DNA from: an uncultured Solirubrobacteraceae bacterium
GTDB taxonomy: Bacteria > Actinomycetota > Thermoleophilia > Solirubrobacterales > Solirubrobacteraceae
Reading direction: 5' to 3'
DNA: 64,000 nucleotides
Assembly (NCBI GenBank): GCA_963735705.1
Contig: CAVTLZ010000002.1
Location: 14,455 to 78,454, forward strand
Within the stretch, counting starts at the first letter, position 1. Every line of letters begins with the position of its first letter. Of the stretch, positions 59,641-64,000 are shown piece after piece. The notes below the pieces were generated by a model. That model was not told where the DNA came from and did not search any database. It saw only the letters and a program-made list of their open reading frames with translations. A program made the position numbers and the translations under genes.

Positions 59641-61881
59641 TTACGAGGCGGCCTGCAGCTGGGGCCGAGGCGCGAGCTCGTTCTCGCTCGCGGCATCACG
59701 GGAGGGCTTGGATGAAGCGTCCGGCGGAATTTCGGCGTCCGGAGCAGATGTGCCGTTTCGACCCTCGAGATAGCCGGCGAAGAGCATGTCGCCCATGGTG
59801 ACCTGGGCCGCGAGCAGTCCCGCATCGTTGACGAGCAGCACGGGATCGTGGCGACGGTCGAGCGGCCGAGCCAGCGAGCAGCGCGCGATCTCGTCGATCG
59901 GCGTGTGGGCCGGCAGGCAGAGGCAATCCCTGTCGGCGAGCTGCATGATCGACTTGTCTCCCCACAGGGCGTATCCAAAACGGTGGCCGAGCATCGTGAG
60001 CAGACGGTGGCGGGTGATCAGGCCGAGCGGCCGGCGCTCGTGGTCGACGATCGCAAGGCTCTCGAGCTCGGGCAGCGCGGCGAACCGGCGGCGCGCCTCG
60101 TCGCTCGTGACGTCGACGTCGATCGTGACCGGCCTCGATCCCTGCACGGGACCGCGACCGCCGATCGGCTCGGCCGGCTCGAGGTGCACCTCCGGCCACG
60201 GTGCGGCGGGGGCGGCAAGCAGGTAGCCCTGCCCGTAGGTGACGCCGAGCGCCCGCAGCACGTCCAGCTCAGCCTGAGTCTCGATCCCCTCGGCGACGAT
60301 CTGCGCTCCGGTCCGCTGGGCATAGCCGATCAGCGCGTCGATCAGCGCGGACTGCGCCGGCGCGACGTCGATCTCGCTGACGAGCGCGCGATCCAGCTTC
60401 ACAAGGGAAGGCGCCAGGGCGGTTACCTGGCGGAGGTTCGAGTAGCCGGCGCCCATGTCGTCGACCGCGAGTTTGATCCCGCGGGCGAGCAGGGGCTCCA
60501 GATCGGCCCGCAGCGCGCCTATGTCGCGAACCAGGCTCTCCTCGGTCAGCTCCACGATCAGCGACTGCGTGCTGGACCCCAGAAGCACCTGGCGGATGCG
60601 CGGATCGTGCAGGGCCTGAGCCGAGGCGTTGACCGCCAGCAGGACACCCTCGTCCAGCTCGTCTTGCAGCGCGACCGCGCGCTTCAGGCACGCGAGCTCG
60701 AGATCGACGCGCATTCCCAGCGACTCGGCGAGCGAGAACCAGTGCGCGGGACCTCGCCCAAAGGCGTCTTCGAACCGCGCGAGCGCCTCATAGGCGAGTA
60801 TGGCGCCGCTGTGCAGGTCGACGATCGGCTGGACGACCATCCTGATCCCGTCGCCTTCGATCATGTCCGACATGAGCCGGCGACCCTCGGTGGCCTCCTG
60901 CTCGATGCTCTCCGCGAAGATCATCACCTGACCCTTGCCATCGCGCTTGGCTGCGCGCAGGGATACGTCCGCCTCCCGGAGCAGCGCGATCCAATCGTTG
61001 CCCTGGCCGGTCTCGCACGCCACGCCAACCGAGGCGCTGATCGGCTCGGCATTCGCGAGCAGCGCCCTTCTCAGCCCATGCGCGATCGACTGCGCCCGAG
61101 CGGCCGGGACGAGCGCCGCGAACTCGTCGCCGCCGAGGCGACCGACGAAGCCCTCGTTCGGGACGACATCCCGCAGGCACTTGGCGGCGTCCACCAGGGT
61201 CGCATCCCCGGCGAGGTGCCCACGGCTCTTGTTGAGCGCGCCGAAGTCATCGAGGTCGAGCATGATCATGCCCCAGGCGGATTGGCCTCGCGTCTCCAGA
61301 CGGCTGTCAGCGAGCCGGCCAAAGGCCGCCCGGTTGAGCGTGCGCGTCAGCGGATCGAGATCGGACTCCCTGCGGGCACGGGCGAGCAGCCGCTCGAGTA
61401 CGCGCACGATCGTCGCTCCGGCGAGCGCCGCGAATGCGAACTCGAGGGCCGGGGCCAGCGCGACGGACCGCTCGTAGACGAGCGGCGCAAGCGCGCCGAG
61501 AGCGGCGCCGACGCCGAGGTCGACCTCACGCGAGCTGCGATCGAGCGCACCGCCCAGCACCACCAGCAGGCACGGCACGCCGAGCACGCCGGCGATGCCG
61601 CCGTTGGCGCCGACGGCGAGCGCACACGCCGCAGCACAGCAGGAGCCGGTGGCAATACGGGCGCCTAAGGCCGTCGCGCGCTCGCCGACCATCTGCTGCA
61701 TTGCCGCCAGCACGAACAGGAGCGCCACTCCCACGAGCGCCTGCACAGGATGCGGCACCGCCGGCCACCGCCCGATCAGCCAGATCGTCATCGCTGCGGG
61801 CACCGCGAGTTGAACCGAGCGGAGCCGGCGTGGACCGACTACGGCTGTCGAAGGTGTCGGGTCGGTGATCAGGTCGAGCAT
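59641..61881 (-). CDS. Membrane-bound GGDEF-EAL-CBS c-di-GMP enzyme
   Basis: About 5 TM; DPLT..LNR, RLGGDEF; QPIV, YEALAR, DDMGAGYS, VAEGIE, QGY; C-terminal CBS GLITR..L...G..FG..L. Confidence 0.92.
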   Translation of the reverse strand: MLDLITDPTPSTAVVGPRRLRSVQLAVPAAMTIWLIGRWPAVPHPVQALVGVALLFVLAAMQQMVGERATALGARIATGSCCAAACALAVGANGGIAGVLGVPCLLVVLGGALDRSSREVDLGVGAALGALAPLVYERSVALAPALEFAFAALAGATIVRVLERLLARARRESDLDPLTRTLNRAAFGRLADSRLETRGQSAWGMIMLDLDDFGALNKSRGHLAGDATLVDAAKCLRDVVPNEGFVGRLGGDEFAALVPAARAQSIAHGLRRALLANAEPISASVGVACETGQGNDWIALLREADVSLRAAKRDGKGQVMIFAESIEQEATEGRRLMSDMIEGDGIRMVVQPIVDLHSGAILAYEALARFEDAFGRGPAHWFSLAESLGMRVDLELACLKRAVALQDELDEGVLLAVNASAQALHDPRIRQVLLGSSTQSLIVELTEESLVRDIGALRADLEPLLARGIKLAVDDMGAGYSNLRQVTALAPSLVKLDRALVSEIDVAPAQSALIDALIGYAQRTGAQIVAEGIETQAELDVLRALGVTYGQGYLLAAPAAPWPEVHLEPAEPIGGRGPVQGSRPVTIDVDVTSDEARRRFAALPELESLAIVDHERRPLGLITRHRLLTMLGHRFGYALWGDKSIMQLADRDCLCLPAHTPIDEIARCSLARPLDRRHDPVLLVNDAGLLAAQVTMGDMLFAGYLEGRNGTSAPDAEIPPDASSKPSRDAASENELAPRPQLQAAS

Positions 61882-62279
61882 CGGTGGTCGCGAGCCGGCA
61901 TGGGCTCGAAATCACTGATCGGCCGGTTGCCATTGATGATGAAGGGGGCATCACCAAATGGACACATGTGGCTTCCCGTGCAGCGATTTCGGATCGATTC
62001 GAGTCATTGCCTCTCCGCGCCGTGTGGCTGCGGCCTCCTCAGCGCTACTTGCCAGCCGCAAGTGGGTGGGTGTTGATGATCCTCGGCCGCCGGCTGTAAG
62101 ACGATCTCACCAGGCTGTGCAGGGTAGGCGGAGTCTTCGTCTGCGGCGCCGCGGCGCCATCTTCGTAGAGGATGACTGAGGCCGAGTGGCTGGCATAGCC
62201 AGGGCCGCCGCTGGCGCTGGCAGGATCGTCGCCGCTGCCACCCCAGTCTCGCTGGCTACGCAAGCGATGGAGTCCGAGC

Positions 62280-63074
62280 CTACGTCTCCAGCTCGAGCGA
62301 TTCGCCTCGGACCGTATCGATGAGGCCCATAGCCGATCCGAATGTCCCCACGCCTACGACTTCGGTGAGCAGGACGTGCTTCAATCCCGGTTCTTGTTCG
62401 ACTTCCTGGAGTATCTCTTCCCCGCTGGCGTTCAAAGAGAAAGACTCCGTCCACGTCCTGGAGATGGCATTTATGTCCCCGGTGACCTCGCCGATTAGCG
62501 ATCCTGTTGTCCTAACTGACTCTGCTCCGCAACTAATTGTGAAGAAGGGGTCGCCTTCGTGTGGTTCGATTACATCGACAAGAGCGTATTCTTCGCCGAC
62601 GCGCGTCAACAAGAAGGTCTCCGTCAGAGGGGCGGTCACGATCGTTCCCGCTTTCTGTCCCTCGCTAGCGCAGGATTCACCGCTACTCCTGCATTTCGAG
62701 AATGTAAGGGTGGTAGTGGCTTCTTTAGGCCCAGTGATTTGGCCTGAGCCTCTTGAGGATTTGCACGTTAGGGTTCCAGTGACGCCGAATCCTTCGATGT
62801 AGCTGTCGAATGTTGCCGATTCGCCGCTGCTCCTAAACGTCTTCTTCTTCGCTGCTTCCCATGCCTGGAGTTCGAACTTGCCTTCGCTTTTGGTGTCAAT
62901 TACCGAACATGTCCCATTATCGTACCTCCCAGTGTAGGCTTTGCCGACCTTGGTGGCTTTGCCACACACCTTGAATTCAGGTAGTTCTGCCGCCGCGCTC
63001 GTCACGACGCATGCGGTCAGCGTTAGCACGGCAGCGAGCCAAAGGCCGAAGGTCCTCGTGCGCTTGATGTTCAT
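62280..63074 (-). CDS. Secreted Cys-containing protein of unknown function
   Basis: SD AAGGAG; signal peptide ending AAA; PEFKVC...GRY.N.TC; visibly lower GC than the flanks. Confidence 0.8.
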   Translation of the reverse strand: MNIKRTRTFGLWLAAVLTLTACVVTSAAAELPEFKVCGKATKVGKAYTGRYDNGTCSVIDTKSEGKFELQAWEAAKKKTFRSSGESATFDSYIEGFGVTGTLTCKSSRGSGQITGPKEATTTLTFSKCRSSGESCASEGQKAGTIVTAPLTETFLLTRVGEEYALVDVIEPHEGDPFFTISCGAESVRTTGSLIGEVTGDINAISRTWTESFSLNASGEEILQEVEQEPGLKHVLLTEVVGVGTFGSAMGLIDTVRGESLELET

Positions 63075-63444
63075 CTTCGCCTTCTCCTTGGGTTAGTTGG
63101 CGGCCTCACATCTGGACGATGCGCCCTGAACCAGGCCAATCGACACGAATGCGCCGCAGGCCAAGGCAACGAGGTGGCGTGGCCTGATAGTTCCACATCG
63201 CTGGATGCCTCGGGTTACCGAGTTGTCACGATAGCCTCGGCGAACGGAAACAGCGCCGGCGTCGGCGCTCGCTGATCACGACTCCGCCTATCGGCGGCAC
63301 CGGCGCGTAGCCGGCGTCGCCGCGTCTACCAGGTGAGGCGCCAGGCGTTGCGCCGCTTAGGGCTCAGCGGGCGATCGCAGTGGTTGTGAGGCGCGACACG
63401 TAAGACATTGCCGGGCCGCCAAACGCGACGGGAGGACACGAAGT

Positions 63445-63469
63445 CCCGGCCCCCGTGTCGGGAGCCGGG
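63445..63469 (-). terminator. Hairpin downstream of tRNA-Ala
   Basis: 10-bp stem CCCGGCTCCC/GGGGGCCGGG with a 5-nt loop on the minus strand. Confidence 0.5.
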
Positions 63470-63497
63470 GTCTTTGCAGGGAGCCGGGGTCTTTGCA
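63460..63497. repeat. Perfect 19-bp tandem duplication
   Basis: GGGAGCCGGGGTCTTTGCA at 63460-63478 and 63479-63497. Confidence 0.9.
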
Positions 63498-63511
63498 ATC
63501 TGCAAAGCGAG

Positions 63512-63584
63512 TGGAGCTAGTCGGGCTCGAACCGACGGCCTCGACGCTGCCAGCGTCGCGCTCTCCCAGCTGAGCTATAGCCCC
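63512..63584 (-). tRNA. tRNA-Ala (anticodon GGC)
   Basis: Cloverleaf GGGGCTA/TAGCTCC acceptor stem with G3-U70, D arm GCTC/GAGC, anticodon loop CT-GGC-AG, T loop TTCGAGC; CCA not encoded. Confidence 0.97.
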
Positions 63585-63594
63585 GGGAGTCCTT

Positions 63595-63624
63595 ATGGTA
63601 CCGACTGAGCCGGCCGCTTTTCAA
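63595..63624 (-). promoter_or_regulatory. Sigma-A type promoter of tRNA-Ala
   Basis: TTGAAA-N18-TACCAT ending 10 nt before the tRNA. Confidence 0.7.
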
Positions 63625-63637
63625 GTTCGGACGCCTG

Positions 63638-64000
63638 CTACAGCTCCACGCCCCAGTTGCGCCTGAGGGACGCGCGGAGCTCGTAGTCCCGCGCCCAGTG
63701 GACGCCTTCGGCCTGGTTGTTGCCCGTCGGCGTCAGGCGGAGGCTCATGGCTTTGCAGCCAGCGACCTCTCGAACCGGGATCAGATAGCACTCGTCGGTG
63801 TCCGGCGCGTAGGCGGCGATGGCGTCGATCTCGTCGGCCGTGTAGGTGGTCAGCCGATAGCCGTGCGGCGTGTGCCGGCTCGTCGAGCAGCGGGTGGTCA
63901 GCACACCCCCGTGACGTGGCGCCCACTTGCATTGGAGGCGCAGCAGCCGTCCGCCGACGTCGACGACGAGGTCGTACCTGCTGCCCTCGCACATGGGCCG
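63638..64000 (-). CDS. PD-(D/E)XK endonuclease, group-I-intron-associated type (PDDEXK_5-like); 5' end beyond the window
   Basis: RYDLVVD...RLQCK, YTADEIDAIAAY, CYLIP, LRL..TGNNQ...WARDY; frame stays open to the window edge. Confidence 0.8.
   Translation of the reverse strand, partial: RPMCEGSRYDLVVDVGGRLLRLQCKWAPRHGGVLTTRCSTSRHTPHGYRLTTYTADEIDAIAAYAPDTDECYLIPVREVAGCKAMSLRLTPTGNNQAEGVHWARDYELRASLRRNWGVEL

Noticed and set aside
61916-61943. Sigma-28 promoter upstream of the GGDEF-EAL gene (GCCGATCA)
   Set aside because: The -35 match (TCAT/TTCA) is too weak to call.
62045-62263. 72-aa minus-strand ORF after the secreted gene
   Set aside because: No SD, no motif and no codon support; possibly a remnant but unsupported.

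Overview
High-GC (about 70%) actinobacterial chromosome segment. Gene order and the secreted-protein families suggest Thermoleophilia/Solirubrobacterales (inference). Left (1-14.5 kb): MacAB-like ABC export operon with two accessory envelope genes, ROK kinase, NRAMP-like transporter with a soluble MgtE-type partner, RmuC, secreted SGNH hydrolase, LysR and USP. Core housekeeping block (14.7-37 kb): tig-clpP-clpX, folC, ndk, maf, mreBCD-mrdA-rodA, Rne/Rng, rplU-rpmA, obgE, proBA, nadD, rsfS. Right (37-64 kb): second SGNH hydrolase, LtrA, MMPL/acyl-CoA ligase/wax-ester synthase operon, sigma-28, ATL protein, FN3/IPT surface protein, ECF sigma/anti-sigma pair, a foreign-looking double-AAA ATPase, TetR-DUF2867, GGDEF-EAL-CBS protein, tRNA-Ala(GGC) and a truncated PD-(D/E)XK nuclease. 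The most striking unexplained signal is window-wide: Glu is encoded mostly by GAA (and Lys often by AAA) in extracytoplasmic proteins and loops but mostly by GAG in cytoplasmic proteins, even within one core operon or one gene. Other leads: nadD has no canonical in-frame start codon, a structured rne leader, several operator-like inverted repeats, and a nuclease directly upstream of the tRNA. No CRISPR array, integrase or transposase was seen. All codon counts are manual tallies and no database searches were run.
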